32,000 bases of DNA from Geobacter sulfurreducens PCA (GTDB lineage: Bacteria; Desulfobacterota; Desulfuromonadia; Geobacterales; Geobacteraceae). The stretch covers positions 360,001 to 392,000 of the forward strand of contig NC_002939.5 in the NCBI RefSeq assembly GCF_000007985.2, written 5' to 3'. A program made the translations under genes and the position numbers. Each line of letters begins with the position of its first letter. Positions within the stretch are counted from its first letter, which is position 1. Shown piece by piece: positions 1 to 9,293 of this stretch. The notes under the pieces are model-generated. The model was given only the letters and a program-made list of their open reading frames with translations. It did no database searches and was not told the origin of the DNA.

Positions 1-350
1 TTGTCGCTCAAAAGCCTCATTCCTGATTGCTTGGCTGCCGCCGTAGGAACCACCTTGTAGACCTTGCCGGCCTGTACAAGGGTGAACCCTTTCAGCTCCA
101 GAACCGATGTGAACAGGCTGAACGCCTCATCCGGCGTCAGCTTGGAGGGGGAGTAGATGGAAATCTTTCCCTTCACCCGCTCGTCCAGGACGAAATTCTT
201 GCCGGTCAGGTCGCTGATGAACTTCACCATGGTGGCGATGTCCACGTCGTTGAAGTTGAGAACCACCCCCTTGGCACTCGCCGGCAGCGGTGCAAGAAGG
301 GCGCAGGCCAGGACGGCAGCGGTCAGCAGATTCAGGAAGCGTTTCTTCAC
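1..350 (-). CDS. gspD: Type II secretion secretin GspD, N-terminal part (gene runs off the window start)
   Basis: Missing from the ORF track because it is truncated. Manual minus-strand translation from GTG 348-350 (GGAGG 6 nt upstream) gives VKKRFLNLLTAAVLACALLAPLPASAKGVVLNFNDVDIATMVKFISDLTGKNFVLDERVKGKISIYSP... This is a signal peptide followed by a secretin N0-domain pattern. It lies directly downstream of a GspC-like gene. Confidence 0.75.
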   Translation of the reverse strand, partial: MKKRFLNLLTAAVLACALLAPLPASAKGVVLNFNDVDIATMVKFISDLTGKNFVLDERVKGKISIYSPSKLTPDEAFSLFTSVLELKGFTLVQAGKVYKVVPTAAAKQSGMRLLSD

Positions 351-459
351 GGAAATCCTCCGCACGTTATCCACAATGACAAGCATCTACCGTGCGCTTA
401 CCACAGCCCCCAAAAAAGGAACTCTGCCGCGCAGCGCAAAGCGAACGCCGTCATTGTGC

Positions 460-1335
460 TTATCGTATATCGTAGCTAAACGTAGTCGGCTGGCCGTCCC
501 TGACCAGATCGAGCTTGATGCGGTTCTGCCCCTTGAGCGATGCTAGAGATTGGATGGCACGCTCAGGGGAGTCCACGGGGAGATCATTTATGCGGAGCAG
601 AATGTCACCGTTCCGCATGCCGATCATTGAAAACACACCCGCAGGCTTGACCTCTGAAATCCGGAAGCCCTCGACTTTGCCCTCTTTTACGCTCGGCAAG
701 AGGCGTGCATCGGTCATTACCTGGCCAAGATTTTCGAGGGCGGCGTTGAGAGCGCGCTGGTCAATTACGTAGCTTCCCGCCCCCACCTGAACCGCACCGG
801 TTTGTGGTGCGACAGCCGGCGGAGGAGGGGCGGATGTCGGCTCGATTCCCATGGCCAGGGGGGTTGTGAGGCGAATTTTTCGTCCGTTGGCGAGGATTTC
901 CACGCTCTCTTTCTGAACTCCCACGAGGGGGCCAATGCCGAACACGGTATCACCCAGACGAAAAACCCGTTCTTCAGGCGGCGTTGCCCGGCGGATGAGG
1001 GCGAATGTCTCCCGGAACGAACCGCGGGCCGTTCCCAGCAGGGTTAAATCTCCATGGGTCGGCGCAGGCTGCTGGGCTCCCGCCGCCCCCTGAACCGGTG
1101 CGGAGAGGGGCGTCAGTTTTCCCTGTGTCGCCCGACCGAACAGTCCCTGGTCCAGAATGGAGGCAAAACTCAGAATGTCGTCGGAAACAGCTGCGGCGGG
1201 GGCTCCGGTCGCGCCCATTGCGGTATGCGGTGCTGTCCGGGCCAGGCGATAGGAGATCAATCCGGCGGCGATCCGCGCGGCCGCCAGTGAGTTCAGCGCG
1301 ATCAAGAGTGCAGTGAGGAGATAAACCTTTTTCAT
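460..1335 (-). CDS. gspC: GspC-like type II secretion protein (N-terminal TM segment, Pro/Ala-rich linker, C-terminal PDZ domain)
   Basis: 291-aa ORF. N-terminal hydrophobic segment MKKVYLLTALLIALNSLAAA. C-terminal PDZ-like GFRISEVKPAGVFSMIGMRNGDILLRINDLPVDSPERAIQ. Sits immediately upstream of gspD. The SD is weak. Confidence 0.6.
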   Translation of the reverse strand: MKKVYLLTALLIALNSLAAARIAAGLISYRLARTAPHTAMGATGAPAAAVSDDILSFASILDQGLFGRATQGKLTPLSAPVQGAAGAQQPAPTHGDLTLLGTARGSFRETFALIRRATPPEERVFRLGDTVFGIGPLVGVQKESVEILANGRKIRLTTPLAMGIEPTSAPPPPAVAPQTGAVQVGAGSYVIDQRALNAALENLGQVMTDARLLPSVKEGKVEGFRISEVKPAGVFSMIGMRNGDILLRINDLPVDSPERAIQSLASLKGQNRIKLDLVRDGQPTTFSYDIR

Positions 1336-1444
1336 CGGGCCATTTCACGTGATTTTGACTGCTGCAATACTAGCACATCCATGGGTCGAGGCAAGAAAAA
1401 ACACCGCTGGTGCGGCATCTGCAAGGGGTTTAGCCGCCCTCTGG

Positions 1445-1473
1445 TTGACAAACAACCCCTCGATTATTACATT
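1445..1473 (+). promoter_or_regulatory. Candidate sigma-70 promoter for degP (TTGACA-17-TACATT)
   Basis: TTGACA at 1445-1450, a 17-nt spacer, TACATT at 1468-1473, about 30 nt upstream of the degP ATG. The -10 matches only 4 of 6. Confidence 0.3.
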
Positions 1474-1503
1474 TATCGGGTCAATTTTACTGAGGAGGTC
1501 CGT

Positions 1504-2898
1504 ATGAAAATGGTGTCCTTGCGGTTCCTTAAGACCATGCTCACCGTTATCTGCCTGATGGCGTTGTCGGCGGGAGAAGTCCCAGCCAAAGTCATGGCTC
1601 CCGATTTTGTCACACTTGCCGAAAAGCTGAAGCCAACCGTCGTCAACATCAGTACATCAAAGAATCCGGCCCAGACAGCTCGCCCCCGTCGCCAACCCTC
1701 TCCCTTCAATGACCCGTTCCATGATTTCTTCGATCGCTTTTTTGACGAGGCACCTCGCCGTCAGCAACGGGAACGGAGTCTCGGCTCCGGGTTCATCATC
1801 AGTGATCAGGGCTTTATCATCACCAATAACCATGTGGTTGCCGGTGCCGACGAGATCAAGGTGCGCCTCTCCGACGGCCGCGAGTTCAAGGCGGAATTGA
1901 AGGGCGCCGACGAAAAACTCGACCTGGCCCTCATCAAGATTGAGTCCAAAGATCAACTCCCCGTTGCGATTCTCGGCAACAGCGATGAAATCAAAGTGGG
2001 CGAGTGGGTGATGGCGATCGGCAATCCGTTCGGCCTTGCCCAGACCGTTACCGCCGGAATCGTCAGCGCCACCGGTCGCGTCATCGGCAGCGGGCCCTAT
2101 GACGATTTCATCCAGACCGATGCCTCCATTAACCCCGGTAACTCGGGAGGCCCCCTTTTCAGCGCCGAAGGAAAAGTCATCGGCATCAATACCGCCATCA
2201 TCGCCGGCGGTCAGGGAATCGGGTTTGCCATCCCCATCAACATGGCCAAAGATGTCATTCCCCAGCTCGAGGAAAAGGGAAAGGTCATCCGCGGCTGGCT
2301 TGGGGTGACGGTTCAGCCCATAACTCCCGATCTGGCCCGCTCGTTTGGCCTTGAGGGAGAGCGGGGTGCGCTCATCGCCGACGTGGTGAAGGATGGCCCC
2401 GCCGCCAAGGCCGGACTCAAGAGCGGGGATATCGTGCTTGAATTCGACGGTAAGAAAATCCGGGAAATGAACGAGCTCCCGCGTATCGTAGCCGCCACCC
2501 CTGTGGGGAAGGCCGCATTGGTCAAGGTGCTGCGTGATGGCAAGATGCAGGATGTCGAAGTATCTGTCGGGCGCTTGGCGGATACGGGCGATGAGTCAGA
2601 TCAGAAGAATGGTGAAGATAAACTTGGCATGGCAGTCAGGGAGCTGACACGCGATCTTGCCGCGCGGATGGGGCTTAAGGAGACTCAGGGCGTCGTTGTC
2701 ACGGGTGTCAAGTCTGGCAGTCTGGCCGAGGAAGCGGGAATCCTGCCGGGCGATATCGTTCGGGAGATAGGAGGGCGTTCCATTACTACTATGGCGGATT
2801 ACGAAACAGCGATCCGAGCCGTGAAGAAGGGAGACGTAGTCCGCTTTCTGCTGCGCCGCGGCGGTGGCAACCACTTCCTGGCAATCCGGGTCGAATAG
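1504..2898 (+). CDS. degP: Periplasmic serine endoprotease DegP/HtrA (trypsin-like domain plus two PDZ domains)
   Basis: Catalytic motifs TNNHVV (His) and GNSGGPL (Ser). Two PDZ-like segments. Signal-like N-terminus MKMVSLRFLKTMLTVICLMALSAGEVPA. ATG 1504 is preceded by GAGGAGG (1492-1498). The ORF-track start at 1381 has no SD and would add a non-signal extension. Confidence 0.9.
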   Translation: MKMVSLRFLKTMLTVICLMALSAGEVPAKVMAPDFVTLAEKLKPTVVNISTSKNPAQTARPRRQPSPFNDPFHDFFDRFFDEAPRRQQRERSLGSGFIISDQGFIITNNHVVAGADEIKVRLSDGREFKAELKGADEKLDLALIKIESKDQLPVAILGNSDEIKVGEWVMAIGNPFGLAQTVTAGIVSATGRVIGSGPYDDFIQTDASINPGNSGGPLFSAEGKVIGINTAIIAGGQGIGFAIPINMAKDVIPQLEEKGKVIRGWLGVTVQPITPDLARSFGLEGERGALIADVVKDGPAAKAGLKSGDIVLEFDGKKIREMNELPRIVAATPVGKAALVKVLRDGKMQDVEVSVGRLADTGDESDQKNGEDKLGMAVRELTRDLAARMGLKETQGVVVTGVKSGSLAEEAGILPGDIVREIGGRSITTMADYETAIRAVKKGDVVRFLLRRGGGNHFLAIRVE

Positions 2899-2918
2899 CC
2901 TGGCTTCATACTTCAGAA

Positions 2919-2954
2919 GAAGGGGCATGTCTGCGGACATGCCCCTTCTTTATT
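2919..2954 (+). terminator. Rho-independent terminator after degP
   Basis: Perfect 13-bp stem GAAGGGGCATGTC (2919-2931) / GACATGCCCCTTC (2936-2948), loop TGCG, followed by TTTATT. Confidence 0.75.
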
Positions 2955-2973
2955 GATTACAAGGAGATATCCT

Positions 2974-4464
2974 ATGGTTATTTCAGTAGAGGCTGCCGAT
3001 TATACAGCGTTTCCCTGTGCGGCGCTGCTGGTTGGCTGCCGTGAAGACAACCCCTTGGAGGACTCCCTTCTGGCACGTATCGACCAGCTTCTCCAGGGTG
3101 CCATTGCGTCGCTTGTTCAAAGCCGCGAGATTACCGGAGAGCTGAATCGGGTTACGATTCTTCATACGCTGGGGCGGCTCCCTGCTGAGCGCATTGTTCT
3201 TGTGGGGCTCGGCAACTCCGGTGCGCTGACTTCTGATCGGCTGCGCCAAGTGGGAGGGAGCGCCGTAAAAGCCTTGAAAGGTGCCGGCGTCACCCGTGCC
3301 GCCTCTGTCGTGCATCGGGCTGCTGGTGTCCCTCCCACGTCAGTAGCAGATATTGCCCAAGGATTGTCCCTTGGGGATTATTCCTTCGATATCTACAAAA
3401 CGAAGCCGGGCACTACGGTCCCCGTGACGGAACTAGTCAATCTCTTTGAGCCGGGGACGGATACTGCCGATGCCGAACGTCTGCTCGCAGCTGATGCAAC
3501 TATCTGTGAGGCTGTCTCCTTTGCCCGCGATCTCGTTTCTCAGCCCGGCAACGTGGCTACTCCCCTCTTTCTGGCGGAGAAGGCCCTTGAGTTTTCGGCC
3601 CGCCTCGGCATTGCCTGTACGGTCCTCGACCGTGACGAGATGGAGCGTCAGGGCATGGAGGGAATCCTCTCAGTTGCCAAGGGATCGCATCAGCTTCCCC
3701 GTTTCATTGTTCTCGAATATCGAGGAGGAAGTGCGGATAAGCGCCCCACGGTCCTGGTAGGAAAGGGGATCACGTTCGACTCGGGTGGTATATCGCTCAA
3801 ACCCCGCGAGGGCATGGAGCGGATGAAAGACGACATGGCAGGCGCAGCGGCCGTTATGGGGGCTGTGATGGCCGTGGCGGGGCTACGACTGCCGGTGAAC
3901 GTCATCGGGCTCATCCCGGCAGCTGAAAACCTGCCCGGGGGAGGGGCGTACAAACCGGGCGACATCGTCCGGACCATGTCCGGTCAAACCGTGGAAATCG
4001 TAAATACTGACGCCGAGGGTCGAATGATACTCAGCGATGCCCTGTTTTATGCTCAGCGCTTCAAGCCTGCCGCGGTAATCGATCTTGCAACCCTGACGGG
4101 AGCCTGCCTTGTGGCGCTCGGGAGTGCCGTATCGGGAGTCATGGGAAATGACGCCGCCCTTGTCAAGCTGCTCCGCAGGGCAGGGGAGGCGACGGGCGAA
4201 CGTTTATGGGAACTGCCCTTGTGGGACGAGTATGGCGAGATTATGAAAAGTGATGTGGCTGACCTGAAAAACGCGGGTGGCCCCCACGCAGGAACCATTA
4301 CCGCTGCATGGTTCCTGCAGCGTTTCGTGGGCAAGAGCCGGTGGGCTCATGTTGATATCGCCGGCACCGCGTGGGAGGAAAAGGGGCGGCCGTATCAGCC
4401 GAAAGGTGCCACCGGTGTCGGGGTGCGGCTGCTGGTCGAGTATCTGAAGGCAACCGTACGGTAG
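2974..4464 (+). CDS. pepA: Leucyl aminopeptidase (M17 family)
   Basis: M17 signature VNTDAEGRMILSDAL and GKGITFDSGGISLKP. ATG 2974 is preceded by AAGGAG (2961-2966). The ORF-track TTG at 2953 lies inside the degP terminator tail. Confidence 0.9.
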   Translation: MVISVEAADYTAFPCAALLVGCREDNPLEDSLLARIDQLLQGAIASLVQSREITGELNRVTILHTLGRLPAERIVLVGLGNSGALTSDRLRQVGGSAVKALKGAGVTRAASVVHRAAGVPPTSVADIAQGLSLGDYSFDIYKTKPGTTVPVTELVNLFEPGTDTADAERLLAADATICEAVSFARDLVSQPGNVATPLFLAEKALEFSARLGIACTVLDRDEMERQGMEGILSVAKGSHQLPRFIVLEYRGGSADKRPTVLVGKGITFDSGGISLKPREGMERMKDDMAGAAAVMGAVMAVAGLRLPVNVIGLIPAAENLPGGGAYKPGDIVRTMSGQTVEIVNTDAEGRMILSDALFYAQRFKPAAVIDLATLTGACLVALGSAVSGVMGNDAALVKLLRRAGEATGERLWELPLWDEYGEIMKSDVADLKNAGGPHAGTITAAWFLQRFVGKSRWAHVDIAGTAWEEKGRPYQPKGATGVGVRLLVEYLKATVR

Positions 4465-4485
4465 TCAAATCAGGGATAACGGATG

Positions 4486-4521
4486 AAAAAAGGGTGGAGC
4501 CGTCAGGCCCCACCCTTTTTG
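4486..4521. terminator. Bidirectional rho-independent terminator between convergent pepA and atpE
   Basis: AAAAAGGGTGG (4487-4497) pairs with CCACCCTTTTT (4510-4520). There is an inner GCC/GGC extension. The A-run and T-run flanks give a U-tract on either strand. Confidence 0.7.
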
Positions 4522-4541
4522 TCTCGACGGAAGGACTGTCC

Positions 4542-4817
4542 TTACTTAACGACAGCCTTGGCAAGCTCGATGGCCACATCCTTGTAGGGGTTAGCGAAGA
4601 GGATGATGAGGCACACGACGAGAACGTAGATGGCGAGGGACTCGATCATGGCCAGACCGATCATCATGGTGGTGAGGATCTTGCCGGAAGCGCCGGGGTT
4701 GCGGGAAACGCCCTCAACGGCGTTCTTAACCGCGAGACCTTGGCCGATACCGGTACCGAAAGCACCAATTGCCATACCGAAGCCAGCTGCCAGCATGCAC
4801 ATCGTGAAAAATTCCAT
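4542..4817 (-). CDS. atpE: F0F1 ATP synthase subunit c
   Basis: 91-aa two-helix proteolipid with GxGxGxG helix 1 (GTGIGQG), polar loop SRNPGASG and carboxylate helix 2 (MIESLAIYVLV). SD GGGAGG upstream. Confidence 0.95.
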   Translation of the reverse strand: MEFFTMCMLAAGFGMAIGAFGTGIGQGLAVKNAVEGVSRNPGASGKILTTMMIGLAMIESLAIYVLVVCLIILFANPYKDVAIELAKAVVK

Positions 4818-4876
4818 TGTTACTACCTCCCTTTGGTGTGTTGTATCCTAAACGGTATAGGATTCGTGTAAGCAGA

Positions 4877-5566
4877 TTAGTGTGCTTCCTCAAGCGAACC
4901 TTGGATATAGATCATAGCGAGAAGCATGAAAACAAATGCCTGGATGAATGACACCAGGACGCCCATAAGCATCATCGGCAGGGGAACAAGGAAGGGGGCC
5001 AGGGCGAAAAAAATCATGAGCACCAGCTCGTGACCATTCATGTTGCCGAAAAGACGGAGCGAGAGGGAAAGAGGGCGGCTCAGGTGCCCGATGATCTCAA
5101 TGAAGAACATCAGGGGGGCCAGCCACCAGATCGGTCCCATGAAGTGTTGGAGATAGTGGAAACCATGCTTTTTGATGCCGACAATGTGTGTCGAAAGGAA
5201 GACAATTACAGCACAGGCTGCCGTCGTGTTGAGGTTTGCAGTGGGGGGAAAGAAACCGGGAATCAGGCCGATAAGGTTTGAAACGAGAACAAAGAGTGCC
5301 AAGGTAGCAATGAGCGGGAAATACGGCTTTCCCTTTTCGCCCATGGTCTCCTCTACCATGTTTTCAATGCCGCCGATCACGACTTCCATGAAGTTCTGCA
5401 TTCCGGTCGGCACGGCCTTGAGTGCTTTTGTGGCGATGAGGGACACGATAAGCAGGCAGACAATAATGAGCCACGTGTAGGCAATGGCGTCTGCACCCGC
5501 TTCAGAGATGTGAAGCGGCTCGAGGAGTTTCCTGAAGAACTGCAGGAATAGAAGCGGATGAACCAT
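4877..5566 (-). CDS. atpB: F0F1 ATP synthase subunit a
   Basis: 229-aa polytopic protein. Carries the conserved essential Arg region [23 protein letters not shown] upstream. Confidence 0.95.
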   Translation of the reverse strand: MVHPLLFLQFFRKLLEPLHISEAGADAIAYTWLIIVCLLIVSLIATKALKAVPTGMQNFMEVVIGGIENMVEETMGEKGKPYFPLIATLALFVLVSNLIGLIPGFFPPTANLNTTAACAVIVFLSTHIVGIKKHGFHYLQHFMGPIWWLAPLMFFIEIIGHLSRPLSLSLRLFGNMNGHELVLMIFFALAPFLVPLPMMLMGVLVSFIQAFVFMLLAMIYIQGSLEEAH

Positions 5567-5570
5567 GGGA

Positions 5571-5957
5571 CTAATCTCCTTTGGTGACGAACATGTAAAT
5601 CGCGAGAGCGGTTATGACAATTACGAGCAACGAGAGGCCGAGGGTGAGACCCAAGACCTCAATACCCGCGTGGACCACCAGCAGGTAAATTACAAACGCC
5701 AGAATGGCGAAACGCAGCAGATAACGCAATTGGGCAAAGCGTGCGGCCTGATGCGCATCAAGCCCCAGAGCACGCCTGATGATGCGAAACAGCCAGTAGT
5801 AGTTTGCCAGTGCCAGGATACCGCCGGCGAGAATACCACCGGCAAATTGAACAGATCCAAACAGATACCCGGCGGCCGTCATGATGGCCAGAAGCAGCCA
5901 GCTACCAACGACGACGGCTGTGAGGAGATTATTCTCGTGAATCCTTGTCGCCGTCAT
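5571..5957 (-). CDS. atpI: ATP synthase protein I (AtpI)
   Basis: Small four-TM protein immediately upstream of atpB. Start chosen at ATG 5955-5957 ([10 protein letters not shown]...). The longer ORF-track start at 6068 would overlap most of atpZ. The start choice is uncertain. Confidence 0.6.
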   Translation of the reverse strand: MTATRIHENNLLTAVVVGSWLLLAIMTAAGYLFGSVQFAGGILAGGILALANYYWLFRIIRRALGLDAHQAARFAQLRYLLRFAILAFVIYLLVVHAGIEVLGLTLGLSLLVIVITALAIYMFVTKGD

Positions 5958-6174
5958 CTTTTTTAATTGCTCTTCCGGCAATGATGTAAATATTTCGAAA
6001 CCCCGCAGCGATACCAAAGAACAGAAAAATAAAGAAAAACCACGGGTGAGTTCCCAGCCACTTGTCAAGCTGTCTGCCGATCAGCACCCCGATGATGATG
6101 GCCAACGCCACCGATATTCCCATGCTCGAAACGAGACCGAGCGTTTGAATGAGTCTTCGTTTGTCGTCGTTCAT
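5929..6174 (-). CDS. atpZ: AtpZ/AtpR-type small membrane protein (ATPase_gene1-like) preceding atpI
   Basis: 81 aa with two TM helices (LGLVSSMGISVALAIIIGVLIG, PWFFFIFLFFGIAAGF). First gene of the atp F0 cluster, the typical AtpZ position. Confidence 0.6.
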   Translation of the reverse strand: MNDDKRRLIQTLGLVSSMGISVALAIIIGVLIGRQLDKWLGTHPWFFFIFLFFGIAAGFRNIYIIAGRAIKKDDGDKDSRE

Positions 6175-6270
6175 CGGCGGTTAGTGTGAGGCTGCCCGGG
6201 GGGGCCGCAAACCAAAATCACTTACCACATCCCGGACTTGCCTGTCAATCATCAAAATGGTCGACTGACG

Positions 6271-7554
6271 TTAGAGAGCGGCAAAGCATGAGCGGGCCGC
6301 AACAATCGTCTTCTCGATTTCCACCTCGGTGTGGGCGATCGAGACGAAGGCCGTTTCAAACTGCGAAGGAGCCAGATAGATCCCCTTCTCGAGCATCATT
6401 CTGAAAAAAGCGGCGAATGCCTTTGTGTCGCAGGTTGTGGCCGTGGGCCAGTCCTTGACCTCGTTGCTGGTGAAAAAGGTGCAGAACATGCTGCCGACGC
6501 GGGTCGGATAGATGGGGTACCCGGCGGATTTGGCCGCCTCGGTGATGCCCTCGGCAAGGCGGCGGCTCGTTTGCTCCAGTTGCTCATAGAACCCGTCTGC
6601 CTGAAGCAGTTTGAGGGTCTCGATACCAGCTGTCATGGCGAGGGGGTTGCCCGACAGCGTGCCCGCCTGATAAACGCCTCCGGACGGGGAGAGAAGCTTC
6701 ATGATGTCCTTTTTGCCGCCGAAGGCGCCGACGGGAAGCCCACCGCCGATGATCTTGCCGAGGGTGGTCATGTCGGGAGTTACACCGTAAAGTTCCTGAG
6801 CTCCACCATAGGCAACACGGAAGCCGGTCATTACCTCGTCGAAAATGAGGACAATTCCCTCGCTGTCGCAGATGGAGCGGAGCCCTTCGAGAAAACCTTC
6901 ACCCGGCGGAACGGTGCCCATATTACCGGCAATAGGCTCGACAATGATGCACGCGATCTCATTCTTGTTCTCATCAATAAGCTTCGAAACCGAATCAAGA
7001 TCGTTGAACTGAGCAGTGAGCGTGTTTTTTGCCACATCGACGGGAACTCCCGGCGAATCGGGCACCCCAAACGTGGCAGCCCCTGAGCCAGCCTTCACCA
7101 GGAGTGCGTCGGCATGGCCATGATAGCAGCCTGAGAATTTGATGATTTTATCCCGGCCGGTGTAGCCGCGGGCAAGCCGAATGGCACTCATGGTCGCCTC
7201 TGTTCCGGAGCTGACCATACGAACCATCTCGATTGAGGGCACCGCGTCGATGACCATTCGGGCAAGGGTGATTTCCAGCTCCGTGGGGGCGCCAAAGCTG
7301 CTGCCACTTTCGACGGCCCGCTTTACGGCTTCGACAACCTGGGGGTGGCAGTGGCCGAGAATCATGGGGCCCCAGGAGCCGACGTAATCGATATAACTGT
7401 TGTTGTCGGCGTCAGTAATTGTGCAACCAAACGCTTTTTTAATGAAAAGAGGGTCGGCGCCCACTGACTTGAAGGCGCGTACGGGACTGTTTACTCCACC
7501 GGGAATGAATTCCTGGGCTTGCGTGAAAAGATCCTTCGAGCGAGCTGTGAGCAT
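6271..7554 (-). CDS. hemL: Glutamate-1-semialdehyde 2,1-aminomutase
   Basis: 427 aa, class III aminotransferase. N-terminus [16 protein letters not shown]-lysine region [25 protein letters not shown] upstream. Confidence 0.95.
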   Translation of the reverse strand: MLTARSKDLFTQAQEFIPGGVNSPVRAFKSVGADPLFIKKAFGCTITDADNNSYIDYVGSWGPMILGHCHPQVVEAVKRAVESGSSFGAPTELEITLARMVIDAVPSIEMVRMVSSGTEATMSAIRLARGYTGRDKIIKFSGCYHGHADALLVKAGSGAATFGVPDSPGVPVDVAKNTLTAQFNDLDSVSKLIDENKNEIACIIVEPIAGNMGTVPPGEGFLEGLRSICDSEGIVLIFDEVMTGFRVAYGGAQELYGVTPDMTTLGKIIGGGLPVGAFGGKKDIMKLLSPSGGVYQAGTLSGNPLAMTAGIETLKLLQADGFYEQLEQTSRRLAEGITEAAKSAGYPIYPTRVGSMFCTFFTSNEVKDWPTATTCDTKAFAAFFRMMLEKGIYLAPSQFETAFVSIAHTEVEIEKTIVAARSCFAAL

Positions 7555-7598
7555 TGGCGATTTCCTTGGGTGTGAAAATGTGATGAAAAATTAATGGG

Positions 7599-7628
7599 TT
7601 ATTAGCATGTTTGGTGTGTTGGTGTCAA
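7599..7628 (-). promoter_or_regulatory. Candidate sigma-70 promoter for hemL (TTGACA-18-TAATAA on the minus strand)
   Basis: Reverse complement of 7623-7628 is TTGACA and of 7599-7604 is TAATAA. Spacer is 18 nt. Lies about 45 nt upstream of the hemL ATG. Confidence 0.35.
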
Positions 7629-7720
7629 GGGGTAAAATGGCCGATTTGAGAGGTGGCCAAAAGGGTGCCGATTCGCATGAATACTGAAAAATCGCCCGGT
7701 TAAATTAGAATTTTTTTTTC

Positions 7721-7747
7721 TTGACAAAGTTTTTTAAATGGCATAAT
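7721..7747 (+). promoter_or_regulatory. Candidate sigma-70 promoter for the nuo operon, with an A/T-rich UP-like tract
   Basis: TTGACA 7721-7726. TGgCATAAT at 7739-7747 (extended -10-like). The spacer is only 15 nt to CATAAT, or 16-17 nt to the ATAATT/TAATTT registers. Preceded by TAAATTAGAATTTTTTTTT (7701-7719). Confidence 0.45.
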
Positions 7748-7760
7748 TTCCACCAAAATT

Positions 7761-7773
7761 GTATACAGTATAC
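7761..7773. promoter_or_regulatory. Perfect palindrome GTATAC-A-GTATAC just downstream of the nuo promoter (candidate operator)
   Basis: Read directly at 7761-7773. Lies 14 nt after the putative -10 element, roughly +8 to +20 of the predicted transcript. Confidence 0.3.
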
Positions 7774-7860
7774 GCAAGCTGGTAAAGCGGCTTCATAACT
7801 GCAACTAGAGTTCGAAACGCGGTAGAAAGACAACCCCAAAGAAGAGTGGAGGGATTGGAA

Positions 7861-8217
7861 ATGCTGGGTGTATACCTGCCAATCATTGTCCTGGTAGCGG
7901 TAGCGGTCATATTTGGTCTGGCTTCATTAACCTTCTCGTCGCTGATAGGGCAGAAGAAGCCGAGTGCGGTGAAGCTTGCCCCTTACGAGTGTGGCTGTGA
8001 ACCGGTCGGCTCTGCCCGGGAACGCTTCTCGGTAAAGTTCTACATTATTGCCATGCTGTTTATTCTCTTTGATATTGAAGCTGTATTTATGTATCCCTGG
8101 TCGGTTCTGTTTAAGCGGCTTGGGATATTTGGCGTTGTCGAGATGGGTCTGTTCATCGTCATTCTTTTTGTCGGTTACATCTATGTCTGGAAAAAAGGAG
8201 CTCTGGAATGGGAGTAG
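7861..8217 (+). CDS. nuoA: NADH-quinone oxidoreductase subunit A
   Basis: 118-aa three-TM protein. Contains the YECG motif ([11 protein letters not shown]). ATG 7861 lies 7 nt after GGAGGG (7848-7853). First gene of a nuoA-N series. Confidence 0.9.
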   Translation: MLGVYLPIIVLVAVAVIFGLASLTFSSLIGQKKPSAVKLAPYECGCEPVGSARERFSVKFYIIAMLFILFDIEAVFMYPWSVLFKRLGIFGVVEMGLFIVILFVGYIYVWKKGALEWE

Positions 8218-8720
8218 ATCAGCCGCTGGGAGATAACTTCATCACCACGTCCCTGGACAGTCTCGTGAACTGGGCGAGGAAGTCCTCCATCTGGCCCATG
8301 ACCTTTGGTCTTGCTTGTTGCGCCATCGAGATGATGGCCACGGGGGCTTCCCATAACGACCTCGACCGGTTTGGTATCATATTCCGGGCGTCACCCCGGC
8401 AGTCGGACTGTATTATTATTGCCGGAACCGTCACCAAGAAGATGCTGCCGGTAATTAAGACGGTCTATGAGCAGATGCCGGAGCCTAAGTGGGTTGTCGC
8501 AATGGGGGCCTGTGCCTGTTCCGGTGGGGTGTTTGACACGTATAGTGTTGTTCAGGGTATTGACACTGCGCTGCCGGTGGACGTCTATATTCCTGGCTGT
8601 CCGCCTCGTCCCGAGGCTTTGCTGTACGGTCTGCTTAAACTGCAGGACAAGATTATGAAGGACAAGAACTCGTTTGGCTCGACCATAGGGCTCGGCGAGC
8701 GCCTTGAGTCCGCAGCGTGA
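8208..8720 (+). CDS. nuoB: NADH-quinone oxidoreductase subunit B (N2 cluster subunit)
   Basis: Contains [18 protein letters not shown] and PGCPPRPE motifs. Overlaps the nuoA end by 10 nt. Confidence 0.95.
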   Translation: MGVDQPLGDNFITTSLDSLVNWARKSSIWPMTFGLACCAIEMMATGASHNDLDRFGIIFRASPRQSDCIIIAGTVTKKMLPVIKTVYEQMPEPKWVVAMGACACSGGVFDTYSVVQGIDTALPVDVYIPGCPPRPEALLYGLLKLQDKIMKDKNSFGSTIGLGERLESAA

Positions 8721-8749
8721 CCATCTCACTTAAGTAAGGGGAACGAACG

Positions 8750-9241
8750 GTGATGGCTGAGAACAATCGTGCAGTTATAAAACTTAAGGAAAAATTTGCC
8801 GCGTCAATCCTTGATGTAAGGGAATTCCGCGGCGAGGTTACGGTTACGGTGGCACGTGAGAAGGTCGTGGATATCTGCCGTTTCCTGAAAGAGTCGTTAC
8901 AGTACAACCTCTGCACAGACGTGACGGCTGTTGACTATCTTGGGAAGCAGGAGCCGCGCTTCATGGTGGTGTATAACCTGTATTCGATTCCCAATAAGGA
9001 TCGGCTCAGACTCAAGGCTGGCGTGCCTGATGCCGACTGTTCGATCGATACGGTGTCATGTGTCTGGAACTCAGCTAATTGGCTGGAGCGTGAAGTGTAC
9101 GACCTCATGGGTGTGCAATTCAACAACCACCCTGACCTGCGTCGTATCCTGATGACCGACGACTGGGTCGGCCACCCGCTCCGCAAGGATTATCCCCTGC
9201 AGGGGCCTGATCGTGAGCCCTACAAGGGCCGGCTTTCCTGA
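8750..9241 (+). CDS. nuoC: NADH-quinone oxidoreductase subunit C
   Basis: 163 aa. Conserved ANWLEREVYDLMGVQFNNHPDLRRIL. The start could be GTG 8750 or ATG 8753. Confidence 0.9.
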   Translation: MMAENNRAVIKLKEKFAASILDVREFRGEVTVTVAREKVVDICRFLKESLQYNLCTDVTAVDYLGKQEPRFMVVYNLYSIPNKDRLRLKAGVPDADCSIDTVSCVWNSANWLEREVYDLMGVQFNNHPDLRRILMTDDWVGHPLRKDYPLQGPDREPYKGRLS

Positions 9242-9293
9242 TTTATCGGCTTGCTGAGAGAAAATAACTCCACAGGGATACAGAGGCGCACAA

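Noticed and set aside
27-546. Plus-strand ORFs 27-479 and 157-546 at the window start.
   Set aside because: They are antisense to the manually translated gspD N-terminus and the gspC 3' end, both of which have clear family signatures. Neither has an SD or recognisable motifs.
1381-1503. Upstream extensions proposed by the ORF track for degP (1381), pepA (2953), nuoA (7846), nuoK (17390), tpx (22862), the 136-aa ORF (25160) and atpI (6068).
   Set aside because: In each case an internal ATG with a good SD gives the family-typical N-terminus. The extension would cross a terminator, an upstream gene or promoter DNA.
6219-6248. Possible atp promoter on the minus strand (TTGACA at 6248-6243, 18-nt spacer, TAAGTG).
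   Set aside because: The -10 lacks the conserved final T and matches poorly. Co-transcription from hemL is an equally good explanation.
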